64,000 bases of DNA from Tubulanus polymorphus (Eukaryota; Animalia; Nemertea): contig NW_027437444.1 in assembly GCF_964204645.1 (NCBI RefSeq), positions 1 through 64,000 on the forward strand, read 5' to 3'. Made by a program: the position numbers and the translations under genes. Below, piece after piece: positions 51,701 to 64,000 of the stretch; position 1 is the stretch's first letter; each line of letters starts with the position of its first letter. Under the pieces are notes generated by a model. The model was not told the DNA's origin. It saw only the letters and a program-made list of their open reading frames with translations, and made no database searches.

Positions 51701-53259
51701 CGTAAAAGAGCTCAAATCGTAAGGAAAAGCACATTTCGACCCGAAAACGTCGTTCTCCGCGAGAAAAGACGTTTTCTCATCACATTTTCCCCGTATCGGA
51801 AAAATGACAAAGTCGATCCGTAAAAGCGTTCAATTCGTCAGTAAAAGCACATTTCGACCCGAAAACGTCGTTCTCCGCGAGAAAAGACGTTTTCTCATAA
51901 CATTTTCCCCGTAACTGAAAAATGACAAAGTCGATCCGTAAAAGAACTGAAACCGTCAGGAAAAGCACATTTCGACCCGAAAACGTCGTTCTCCGCGAGA
52001 AAAGACGTTTTCTCATCACATTTCCCCGTATCGGAAAAATGACAAAGTCGATCCGTAAAATAGCTCAAATCGTCAGGAAAAGCACATTTCGATCCGAAAT
52101 CGTCGTTGTCCGCGAGAAAAAACGTTTTCTCGTTACATTTTCCCCGTATCGGAAAAATGACAAAGTCTATCCGTAGAAGCGTTCAAATCGTCAGGAAAAG
52201 CACATTTCGACCCGAAAACGTCGTTCTCCGCGAGAAAAGACGTTTTCTCATCACATTTCCCCGTATCGGAAAAATGACAAAGTCGATCCGTAAAATCGTT
52301 CAAATCGTCAGGGAAAGCACATTTCGACCCGAAAACGTCGTTCTGCGCGAGAAAAGACTTTTTCTCATCACATTTTCCCCGTATCGGAAAAATGACAAAG
52401 TCGATCCGTAAAAGAGCTCAAATCGTCAGGAAAAGCACATTTCGACCCGAAAACGTCGTTCTACGCGAGAAAACACGTTTTCTCAACACATTTTCCCCGT
52501 ATCGGAAAAATGACGAACTCGATCCGTAAAAGCGTTCAAATCGTCAGGAAAAGCACATTTCGACCCGAAAACGTCGTTCTCCGCGAGAAAAGACGTTTTC
52601 TCATCACATTTTCCCCGTATCGGAAAAATGACAAAGTCGATCCGTAAAAGCGTTCTAATCGTCAAAAAAGCACATTTCGACCCGAAAACGTCGTTCTCCG
52701 CGAGAAAAGACGTTTTCTCATCACATCTTACCCCGTAACTGAAAAATGACAAAGTCGATCCGTAAAACAACTCAAATCGTCAGGAAAAGCACATTTCGAT
52801 CCGAAATCGTCGTTGTCCGCGAGAAAAGACGTTTTCTCGTAACATTTTCCCCGTATCGGAAAAATGAAAAAGTCGATCCGTAAAAGAGCCCATATCGCCA
52901 GGAAAACAAATTTCGACCCGAAAACGTCGTTCTTCGCGAGAAAAGACGTTTTCTCATCACATTTTCCCCGTATCGGAAAAATGACCAAGTCGATCCGTAA
53001 AAGCGATCAAATCGTCAGGAAAAGCACATTTCGACTCGAAAACGTCGTTGTCCGCGAGAAATACGTTTTCTCATCACATTTTCCCCGTATCGGAAAAATG
53101 ACAAAGTCGATCCGTAAAAGCGTTCAATTCGTCAGTAAAAGCACATTTCGACCCGAAAACGTCGTTCTCCGCGAGAAAAGACGTTTTCTCATCACATTTT
53201 CCCCGTAACTGAAAAATGACAAAGTCCATCCGTAAAAGAGCTCAAATCGTCAGGAAAAG

Positions 53260-56200
53260 CACATTTCGACCCGAAAACGTCGTTCTATGCGAGTAAAGAC
53301 GTTTTCTCATCACATTTCCCCGTATCGGAAAAATGACAAAGTCGATCCGTAAAATAGCTCAAATCGTCAGGAAAAGCACATTTCGACCCGAAAACGTCGT
53401 TCTCCGCGAGAAAAGACGTTTTCTCATCACATTTTCCCCGTATCGGAAAAATGACAAAGTCGATCCGTAAAAGCGTTCAATTCGTCAGTAAAAGCACATT
53501 TCGACCCGAAAACGTCGTTCTCCGCGAGAAAAGACGTTTTCTCATAACATTTTCCCCGTAACTGAAAAATGACAAAGTCGATCCGTAAAAGAGCTCAAAC
53601 CGTCAGGAAAAGCACATTTCGACCCGAAAACGTCGTTCTCCGCGAGAAAAGACGTTTTCTCATCATATTTTCCCCGTAACTGAAAAATGACAAAGTCGAT
53701 CCGTAAAATAGCTCAAATCGTCAGGAAAAGCACATTTCGATCCGAAATCGTCGTTGTCCGCGAGAAAAAACGTTTTCTCGTAACATTTTCCCCGTATCGG
53801 AAAAATGACAAAGTCTATCCGTAGAAGCGTTCAAATCGTCAGGAATAGCACATTTCGACCCGAAAACGTCGTTCTCCGAGAGAAAAGACGTTTTCTCATC
53901 ACATTTTCCCCGTAACTGAAAAATGACAAAGTCGATCCGTAAGATAGCTCAAATCGTCAGGAAAAGCACATTTCGATCCGAAATCGTCGTTGTCCGCGAG
54001 AAAAAACGTTTTCTCGTAACATTTTCCCCGTATCGGAAAAATGTCAAAGTCTATCCGTAGAAGCGTTCAAATCGTCAGGAAAAGCACATTTCGACCCGAA
54101 AACGTCGTTCTCCGCGAGAAAAGACGTTTCCTCATCACATTTCCCCGTATCGGAAAAATGACAAAGTCGATCCGTAAAATCGTTCAAATCGTCAGGGAAA
54201 GCACATTTCGACCCGAAAACGTCGTTCTGCGCGAGAAAAGACTTTTTCTCATCACATTTTCCCCGTATCGGAAAAATGACATAGTCGATCCGTAAAAGAG
54301 CTCAAATCGTCAGGAAAAGCACATTTCGACCCGAAAACGTCGTTCTCCGCGAGAAAACACGTTTTCTCAACACATTTTCCCCGTATCGGAAAAATGACGA
54401 AGTCGATCCGTAGAGGCGCACAAATCGTCAGGAAAAGCACATTTCGACCCGAAAACGTCGTTCTCCGTGAGAAATGACGTTTTCTCATCACATTTTCCCC
54501 GTATCGGAAAAATGACAAAGTCGATCCGTAAAAGCGTTCAAATCGTCAGGAAAAGCACATTTCGACCCGAAAACGTCGTTCTCCGCGAGAAAAGACGTTT
54601 TCTCATCACATATTACCCCGTAACTGAAAAATGACAAAGTCGATCCGTAAAAGGGCTCAAATCGTCAGGAAAAGCACATTTCGACCCGAAAACGTCGTTC
54701 TCCGCGAGAAAAGACGTTTTCTCATCACATTTTCCCCGTATCGGAAAAATGACAAAGTCGATCCGTAAAGGAGCTCATATCGTCAGGAAAAGCACATTTC
54801 GATCCGAAATCGTCGTTGTCCGCGAGAAAAGACGTTATCTCGTAACATTTTCCCCGTATCGGAAAAATGACAAAGTCTATCCGTAGAAGCGCTCAAATCG
54901 TCAGGAAAAGCACATTTCGACCCGAAGACGTCGTTCTCCGCGAGAAAAGACGTTTTCTCATCACATTTTCCCCGTATCGGAAAAATGACAAAGTCGATCC
55001 GTAAAAGCGTTCAATTCGTCAGTAAAAGCACATTTCGACCCGAAAACGTCGTTCTCCGCGAGAAAAGACGTTTTCTCATCATATTTTCCCCCTAACTGAA
55101 AAATGACAAAGTCGATCCGTAAAAGAGCTCAAATCGTCAGGAAAAGCACATTTCGACCCGAAGACGTCGTTCTCCGCGAGAAAAGACGTTTTCTCATCAC
55201 ATTTTCCCCGTAACTGAAAAATGACAAAGTCGATCCGTAAAATAGCTCAAATCGTCAGGAAAAGCACATTTCGATCCGAAATCGTCGTTTTCCGCGAGAA
55301 AAGACGTTTTCTCGTAACATTTTCCCCGTATCGGAAAAATGACAAAGTCTATCCGTAGAGGCGCACAAATCGTCAGGAAAAGCACACTTCGACCCGAAAA
55401 CGTCGTTCTCCGCGAGAAAAGACGTTTCCTCATCACATTTTCCCCGTATCGGAAAAATGACAAAGTCGATCCGTAAAAGAGCTCAAATCGTCAGGAAAAG
55501 CACATTTTGACCCGAAAACGTCGTTCTCCGCGAGAAAAGACGTTTTCTCATCACATTTTCCCCGTATCGGAAAAATGACAAAGTCGATCCGTAAAAGCGT
55601 TCAATTCGTCAGTAAAAGCACATTTCGACCCGAAAACGTCGTTCTCCGCGAGAAAAGACGTTTTCTCATCACATTTTCCCCGTAACTGAAAAATGACAAA
55701 GTCGATCCGTAAAAGAGCTCAAATCGTAAGGAAAAGCACATTTCGATCCGAAATCGTCGTTGTCCGCGAGAAAAAAACGTTTTCTCGTAACATTTTCCCC
55801 GTATCGGAAAAATGACAAAGTCTATCCGTAGAAGCGTTCAAATCGTCAGGAAAAGCACATTTCGACCCGAAAACGTCGTTCTCCGCGAGAAAAGACGTTT
55901 CCTCATCACATTTCCCCGTATCGGAAAAATGACAAAGTCGATCCGTAAAATCGTTCAAATCGTCAGGGAAAGCACATTTCGACCCGAAAACGTCGTTCTG
56001 CGCGAGAAAAGACTTTTTCTCATCACATTTTTCCCGTATCGGAAAAATGACAAAGTCGATCCGTAAAAGAGCTCAAATCGTCAGGAAAAGCACATTTCGA
56101 CCCGAAAACGTCGTTCTCCGCGAGAAAACACGTTTTCTCAACACATTTTCCCCGTATCGGAAAAATGACGAAGTCGATCCGTAGAGGCGCACAAATCGTC

Positions 56201-59200
56201 AGGAAAAGCACATTTCGACCCGAAAACGTCGTTCTCCGTGAGAAATGAGGTTTCCTCATCACATTTCCCCGTATCGGAAAAATGACAAAGTCGATCCGTA
56301 AAATCGTTCAAATCGTCAGGGAAAGCACATTTCGACCCGAAAACGTCGTTCTATGCGAGTAAAGACGTTTTCTCATCACATTTCCCCGTATCGGAAAAAT
56401 GACAAAGTCGATCCGTAAAATAGCTCAAATCGTCAGGAAAAGCACATTTCGACCCGAAAACGTCGTTCTCCGCGAGAAAAGACGTTTTCTCATCACATTT
56501 TCCCCGTATCGGAAAAATGACAAAGTCGATCCGTAAAAGCGTTCAATTCGTCAGTAAAAGCACATTTCGACCCGAAAACGTCGTTCTCCGCGAGAAAAGA
56601 CGTTTTCTCATAACATTTTCCCCGTAACTGAAAAATGACAAAGTCGATCCGTAAAAGAGCTCAAACCGTCAGGAAAAGCACATTTCGACCCGAAAACGTC
56701 GTTCTCCGCGAGAAAAGACGTTTTCTCATCATATTTTCCCCGTAACTGAAAAATGACAAAGTCGATCCGTAAAATAGCTCAAATCGTCAGGAAAAGCACA
56801 TTTCGATCCGAAATCGTCGTTGTCCGCGAGAAAAAACGTTTTCTCGTAACATTTTCCCCGTATCGGAAAAATGACAAAGTCTATCCGTAGAAGCGTTCAA
56901 ATCGTCAGGAATAGCACATTTCGACCCGAAAACGTCGTTCTCCGAGAGAAAAGACGTTTTCTCATCACATTTTCCCGTAACTGAAAAATGACAAAGTCGA
57001 TCCGTAAGATAGCTCAAATCGTCAGGAAAAGCACATTTCGATCCGAAATCGTCGTTGTCCGCGAGAAAAAACGTTTTCTCGTAACATTTTCCCCGTATCG
57101 GAAAAATGTCAAAGTCTATCCGTAGAAGCGTTTCAAATCGTCAGGAAAGCACATTTCGACCCGAAAACGTCGTTCTCCGCGAGAAAAGACGTTTCCTCAT
57201 CCACATTTCCCCGTATCGGAAAAATGACAAAGTCGATCCGTAAATCGTTCAAATCGTCAGGGAAAGCACATTTCGACCCGAAAACGTCGTTCTGCGCGAG
57301 AAAAGACTTTTTCTCATCAACATTTTCCCCGTATCGGAAAAATGACATAGTCGCATCCGTAAAAGAGCTCAAATCGTCAGGAAAAGCACATTTCGACCCG
57401 AAAACGTCGTTCTCCGCGAGAAAACACGTTTTCTCAACACATTTCCCCGTATCGGAAAAATGACGAAGTCGATCCGTAGAGGCGCACAAATCGTCAGGAA
57501 AGCACATTTCGACCCGAAAACGTCGTTCTCCATAAGAAATGACGTTTTCTCAATCACATTTTCCCCGTATCGGAAAAATGACAAAGTCGATCCGTAAAAG
57601 CGTTCAAATCGTCAGGAAAAGCACATTTCGACCCGAAAACGTCGTTCTCCGCGAGAAAAGACGTTTTCTCATCACATATTACCCCGTAACTGAAAAATGA
57701 CAAGTCGATCCGTAAAAGGGCTCAAATCGTCAAGAAAAGCACATTTCGACCCGAAAACGTCGTTCTCCGCGAGAAAAGACGTTTTCCTCATCACATATTA
57801 CCCCGTAACTGAAAATGACAAAGTCGATCCGTAAAAGGGCTCAAATCGTCAGGAAAAGCACATTTCGACCCGAAAACGTCGTTCTCCGCGAGAAAAGACG
57901 TTTTCTCATCACATTTTCCCCGTATCGGAAAAATGACAAAGTCGATCCGTAAAAGAGCTCAAATCGTAAGGAAAAGCACATTTCGATCCGAAATCGTCGT
58001 TGTCCGCGAGAAAAAAACGTTTTCTCGTAACATTTTCCCCGTATCGGAAAAATGACAAAGTCTATCCGTAGAAGCGTTCAAATCGTCAGGAAAAGCACAT
58101 TTCGACCCGAAAACGTCGTTTCTCCGCGAGAAAAGACGTTTCCTCATCACATTTCCCCGTATCGGAAAAATGACAAAGTCGATCCGTAAAATCGTTCAAA
58201 TCGTCAGGGAAAGCACATTTCGACCCGAAAACGTCGTTCTGCGCGAGAAAAGACTTTTTCTCATCACATTTTTCCCGTATCGGAAAAATGACAAAGTCGA
58301 TCCGTAAAAGAGCTCAAAATCGTCAGGAAAAGCACATTTCGACCCGAAAACGTCGTCTCCGCGAGAAACACGTTTTCTCAACACATTTTCCCCGTATCGG
58401 AAAAATGACGAAGTCGATCCGTAGAGGCGCACAAATCGTCAGGAAAAGCACATTTCGACCCGAAAACGTCGTTCTCCGTGAGAAATGAGGTTTCCTCATC
58501 ACATTTCCCCGTATCGGAAAAAATGACAAAGTCGATCCGTAAAATCGTTCAAATCGTCAGGGAAAGCACATTTCGACCCGAAAACGTCGTTCTATGCGAG
58601 TAAGACGTTTTCTCAATCACATTTCCCCGTATTCGGAAAAATGACAAAGTCGATCCGTAAAATAGCTCAAATCGTCAGGAAAAGCACATTTCGACCCGAA
58701 AACGTCGTTCTCCGCGAGAAAAGACGTTTCTCTCACATTTTCCCCGTATCGGAAAAATGACAAAGTCGATCCGTAAAAGCGTTCAATTCGTCAGTAAAAG
58801 CACATTTCGACCCGAAAACGTCGTTCTCCGCGAGAAAAGACGTTTTCTCATAACATTTTCCCCGTAACTGAAAAATGACAAAGTCGATCCGTAAAGAGCT
58901 CAAACCGTCAGGAAAAGCACATTTCGACCCGAAAACGTCGTTCTCCGCGAGAAAAGACGTTTTCTCATCATATTTTCCCCGTAACTGAAAAATGACAAAG
59001 TCGATTCCGTAAAATAGCTCAAATCGTCAAGAAAAGCACATTTCGATCCGAAATCGTCGTTGTCCGCGAGAAAAACGTTTTCTCGTAACATTTTCCCCCG
59101 TATCGGAAAATGACAAAGTCTATCCGTAGAAGCGTTCAAATCGTCAGGAATAGCACATTTCGACCCGAAAACGTCGTTCTCCCGAGAGAAAAGACGTTTT

Positions 59201-62200
59201 CTCATCACATTTTCCCCGTAACTGAAAAATGACAAAGTCGATCCGTAAGATAGCTCAAATCGTCAGGAAAAGCACATTTCGATCCGAAATCTCCGCGAGA
59301 AAAAACGTTTTCTCGTAACATTTCCCCGTATCGGAAAAATGTCAAAGTCTATCCGTAGAAGCGTTCAAATCGTCAGGAAAAGCACATTTCGACCCGAAAA
59401 CGTCGTTCTCCGCGAGAAAAGACGTTTCCTCATCACATTTCCCCGTATCGGAAAAATGGACAAAGTCGATCCGTAAAATCGTTCAAATCGTCAGGGAAAG
59501 CACATTTCGACCCGAAAACGTCGTTCTGCGCGAGAAAAGACTTTTTCTCATCACATTTTCCCCGTATCGGAAAATGACAAAGTCGATCCGTAAAAGAGCT
59601 CAAATCGTCAGGAAAAGCACATTTCGACCCGAAAACGTCGTTCTCCGCGAGAAAACACGTTTTCTCAACACATTTTCCCCGTATCGGAAAAATGACAAAG
59701 TCGATCCGTAAAAGCGTTCAATTCGTCAGTAAAAGCACATTTCGACCCGAAAACGTCGTTCTCCGCGAGAAAAGACGTTTTCTCATCACATTTTCCCCGT
59801 AACTGAAAAATGACAAAGTCGATCCGTAAAAGAGCTCAAATCGTAAGGAAAAGCACATTTCGATCCGAAATCGTCGTTGTCCGCGAGAAAAAAACGTTTT
59901 CTCGTAACATTTTCCCCGTATCGGAAAAATGACAAAGTCTATCCCGTAGAAGCGTTCAAATCGTCAGGAAAAGCACATTTCGACCCGAAAACGTCGTTCT
60001 CCGCGAGAAAAGACGTTTCCTCATCACATTTCCCCGTATCGGAAAAATGACAAAGTCGATCCGTAAATCGTTCAAATCGTCAGGGAAAGCACATTTCGAC
60101 CCGAAAACGTCGTTCTGCGCGAGAAAAGACTTTTTCTCATCACATTTTTCCCGTATCGGAAAAATGACAAAGTCGATCCGTAAAAGAGCTCAAATCGTCA
60201 GGAAAAGCACATTTCGACCCGAAAACGTCGTTCTCCGCGAGAAAACACGTTTTCTCAACACATTTTCCCCCGTATCGGAAAAATGACGAAGTCGATCCGT
60301 AGAGGCGCACAAATCGTCAGGAAAAGCACATTTCGACCCGAAAACGTCGTTCTCCGTGAGAAATGAGGTTTCCTCATCACATTTCCCCGTATCGGAAAAA
60401 TGACAAAGTCGATCCGTAAAATCGTTCAAATCGTCAGGGAAAGCACATTTCGACCCGAAAACGTCGTTCTATGCGAGTAAAGACGTTTTCTCATCACATT
60501 TCCCCGTATCGGAAAAATGACAAAGTCGATCCGTAAAATAGCTCAAATCGTCAGGAAAAGCACATTTCGACCCGAAAACGTCGTTCTCCGCGAGAAAAGA
60601 CGTTTTCTCATCACATTTTCCCCGTATCGGAAAAATGACAAAGTCGATCCGTAAAAGCGTTCAATTCGTCAGTAAAAGCACATTTCGACCCGAAAACGTC
60701 GTTCTCCGCGAGAAAAGACGTTTTCTCATAACATTTTCCCCGTAACTGAAAAATGACAAAGTCGATCCGTAAAAGAGCTCAAACCGTCAGGAAAAGCACA
60801 TTTCGACCCGAAAACGTCGTTCTCCGCGAGAAAAGACGTTTTCTCATCATATTTTCCCCGTAACTGAAAAATGACAAAGTCGATCCGTAAAATAGCTCAA
60901 ATCGTCAGGAAAAGCACATTTCGATCCGAAATCGTCGTTGTCCGCGAGAAAAACGTTTTCTCGTAACATTTTCCCCGTATCGGAAAAATGACAAAGTCTA
61001 TCCGTAGAAGCGTTCAAATCGTCAGGAATAGCACATTTCGACCCGAAAACGTCGTTCTCCGAGAGAAAAGACGTTTTCTCATCACATTTTCCCCGTAACT
61101 GAAAAATGACAAAGTCGATCCGTAAGATAGCTCAAATCGTCAGGAAAAGCACATTTTCGATCCGAAATCGTCGTTGTCCGCGAGAAAAAACGTTTTCTCG
61201 TAACATTTTCCCCGTATCGGAAAAATGTCAAAGTCTATCCGTAGAAGCGTTCAAATCGTCAGGAAAAGCACATTTCGACCCGAAAACGTCGTTCTCCGCG
61301 AGAAAAGACGTTTCCTCATCACATTTCCCCGTATCGGAAAAATGACAAAGTCGATCCGTAAAATCGTTCAAATCGTCAGGGAAAGCACATTTCGACCCGA
61401 AAACGTCGTTCTGCGCGAGAAAAGACTTTTTCTCATCACATTTTCCCCGTATCGGAAAAATGACATAGTCGATCCGTAAAAGAGCTCAAATCGTCAGGAA
61501 AAGCACATTTCGACCCGAAAACGTCGTTCTCCGCGAGAAAACACGTTTTCTCAACACATTTTCCCCGTATCGGAAAAATGACGAAGTCGATCCGTAGAGG
61601 CGCACAAATCGTCAGGAATAGCACATTTCGACCCGAAAACGTCGTTCTCCGTAAGAAATGACGTTTTCTCATCACATTTTCCCCGTATCGGAAAAATGAC
61701 AAAGTCGATCCGTAAAAGCGTTCAAATCGTCAGGAAAAGCACATTTCGACCCGAAAACGTCGTTCTCCGCGAGAAAAGACGTTTTCTCATCACATATTAC
61801 CCCGTAACTGAAAAATGACAAAGTCGATCCGTAAAAGGGCTCAAATCGTCAAGAAAAGCACATTTCGACCCGAAAACGTCGTTCTCCGCGAGAAAAGACG
61901 TTTTCTCATCACATATTACCCCGTAACTGAAAAATGACAAAGTCGATCCGTAAAAGGGCTCAAATCGTCAGGAAAAGCACATTTCGACCCGAAAACGTCG
62001 TTCTCCGCGAGAAAAGACGTTTTCTCATCACATTTTCCCCGTATCGGAAAAATGACAAAGTCGATCCGTAAAAGAGCTCAAATCGTAAGGAAAAGCACAT
62101 TTCGATCCGAAATCGTCGTTGTCCGCGAGAAAAAAACGTTTTCTCGTAACATTTTCCCCGTATCGGGAAAAATGACAAAGTCTATCCGTAGAAGCGTTCA

Positions 62201-64000
62201 AATCGTCAGGAAAAGCACATTTCGACCCGAAAACGTCGTTCTCCGCGAGAAAAGACGTTTCCTCATCACATTTCCCCGTATCGGAAAAATGACAAAGTCG
62301 ATCCGTAAAATCGTTCAAATCGTCAGGGAAAGCACATTTCGACCCGAAAACGTCGTTCTGCGCGAGAAAAGACTTTTTCTCATCACATTTTTCCCGTATC
62401 GGAAAAATGACAAAGTCGATCCGTAAAAGAGCTCAAATCGTCAGGAAAAGCACATTTCGACCCGAAAACGTCGTTCTCCGCGAGAAAACACGTTTCTCAA
62501 CACATTTTCCCCGTATCGGAAAAATGACGAAGTCGATCCGTAGAGGCGCACAAATCGTCAGGAAAAGCACATTTCGACCCGAAAACGTCGTTCTCCGTGA
62601 GAAATGAGGTTTCCTCATCACATTTCCCCGTATCGGAAAAATGACAAAGTCGATCCGTAAAATCGTTCAAATCGTCAGGGAAAGCACATTTCGACCCGAA
62701 AACGTCGTTCTATGCGAGTAAAGACGTTTTCTCATCACATTTCCCCGTATCGGAAAAATGACAAAGTCGATCCGTAAAATAGCTCAAATCGTCAGGAAAA
62801 GCACATTTCGACCCGAAAACGTCGTTCTCCGCGAGAAAAGACGTTTTCTCATCACATTTTCCCCGTATCGGAAAAATGACAAAGTCGATCCGTAAAAGCG
62901 TTCAATTCGTCAGTAAAAGCACATTTCGACCCGAAAACGTCGTTCTCCGCGAGAAAAGACGTTTTCTCATAACATTTTCCCCGTAACTGAAAAATGACAA
63001 AGTCGATCCGTAAAAGAGCTCAAACCGTCAGGAAAAGCACATTTCGACCCGAAAACGTCGTTCTCCGCGAGAAAAGACGTTTTCTCATCATATTTCCCCG
63101 TAACTGAAAAATGACAAAGTCGATCCGTAAAATAGCTCAAATCGTCAAGAAAAGCACATTTCGATCCGAAATCGTCGTTGTCCGCGAGAAAAAACGTTTT
63201 CTCGTAACATTTTCCCCGTATCGGAAAAATGACAAAGTCTATCCGTAGAAGCGTTCAAATCGTCAGGAATAGCACATTTCGACCCGAAAACGTCGTTCTC
63301 CGAGAGAAAAGACGTTTTCTCATCACATTTTCCCCGTAACTGAAAAATGACAAAGTCGATCCGTAAGATAGCTCAAATCGTCAGGAAAAGCACATTTCGA
63401 TCCGAAATCGTCGTTGTCCCGAGAAAAAACGTTTTCTCGTAACATTTTCCCCGTATCGGAAAAATGTCAAAGTCTATCCGTAGAAGCGTTCAAATCGTCA
63501 GGAAAAGCACATTTCGACCCGAAAACGTCGTTCTCCGCGAGAAAAGACGTTTCCTCATCACATTTCCCCGTATCGGAAAAATGACAAAGTCGATCCGTAA
63601 AATCGTTCAAATCGTCAGGGAAAGCACATTTCGACCCGAAAACGTCGTTCTGCGCGAGAAAAGACTTTTTCTCATCACATTTTCCCCGTATCGGAAAAAT
63701 GACAAAGTCGATCCGTAAAAGAGCTCAAATCGTCAGGAAAAGCACATTTCGACCCGAAAACGTCGTTCTCCGCGAGAAAACACGTTTTCTCAACACATTT
63801 TCCCCGTATCGGAAAAATGACGAAGTCGATCCGTAGAGGCGCACAAATCGTCAGGAAAAGCACATTTCGACCCGAAAACGTCGTTCTCCGTGAGAAATGA
63901 CGTTTTCTCATCACATTTTCCCCGTATCGGAAAAATGACAAAGTCGATCCGTAAAAGCGTTCAAATCGTCAGGAAAAGCACATTTCGACCCGAAAACGTC
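53260..64000. repeat. Variable-length HOR family with successive periods of 26, 19, 16 and 19 monomers
   Basis: Marker TTCTATGCGAGTAA at 53,283, 56,349, 58,590, 60,467 and 62,708 (gaps 3,066, 2,241, 1,877, 2,241). Marker ATGTCAAAGTCT at about 54,041, 57,106, 59,339, 61,225 and 63,464 gives the same pattern. Confidence 0.88.

Larger units (their letters stand above)
1..64000. repeat. Tandem satellite array, 118-bp monomer, about 540 copies, single orientation, extending past both window edges
   Basis: The core TCAAATCGTCAGGAAAAGCAC-(T/A)TTTCGACCCGAAAACGTCGTT recurs about every 118 bp from start to end. No unique sequence longer than about 20 bp was seen. Confidence 0.99.
28783..64000. repeat. 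Satellite subfamily B (heterogeneous, HOR-rich), about 300 monomers
   Basis: Consensus (118 nt): AAAAATGACAAAGTCGATCCGTAAAAGAGCTCAAATCGTCAGGAAAAGCACATTTCGACCCGAAAACGTCGTTCTCCGCGAGAAAAGACGTTTTCTCATCACATTTTCCCCGTATCGG. It has 12 substitutions relative to A. Recurring subtypes include GCGTTC, GTAACTG, GATCCGAAATCGTCGTTGTCC and GTCTATCCGTAGA. Confidence 0.97.

Noticed and set aside
10-63941. All ORFs in the six-frame track (MSMRKSAQIVRKSTFRPENVV..., MTKSIRK..., and the 217-aa ORF at 22,041)
   Set aside because: They are translations of the 118-bp repeat, which is not a multiple of 3. Longer ORFs appear where indels, often in low-quality zones, skip the recurring stop. There is no recognisable domain or gene context.
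1-64000. CRISPR array or repeat-spacer system
   Set aside because: There are no unique spacers, the whole unit repeats, and there are no cas genes or leader.
1-64000. Identity with the 118-bp Triticeae satellite pSc119.2
   Set aside because: The length matches, but the sequence does not resemble that family as I recall it. A database search is needed for any family assignment.

Overview
The whole 64 kb window is one head-to-tail satellite DNA array of a 118-bp monomer (about 540 copies, all in the same orientation). I find no credible genes, RNA genes, transposons or CRISPR arrays; every ORF in the track is a translation of the repeat. Two monomer subfamilies (12 of 118 consensus differences, about 90% identical) meet in register at about 28,783. 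Subfamily A (1-28,782) is very homogeneous. Subfamily B (28,783-64,000) is more diverse and is organised into local higher-order repeats (HORs) of 3, 9, 16, 18, 19 and 26 monomers. The monomer is about 45% GC, CpG-enriched (14 CpG per A monomer, about 2.4x expected), has A/T tracts roughly every 10 bp and contains overlapping dyads. This looks like a eukaryotic centromeric or pericentromeric satellite, but that is inference and I do not recognise the family. The most interesting signals are: (i) a single fold-back inversion at 44,381-44,437 centred on the monomer's own dyad, (ii) many recurrent variants that create or extend dyads, and (iii) a layered boundary between the homogeneous and the diverse subfamily. 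Three zones (after about 10,028, after about 22,021 and about 56,970-60,300) look like assembly seams or low-quality consensus. All counts and offsets were done by eye.
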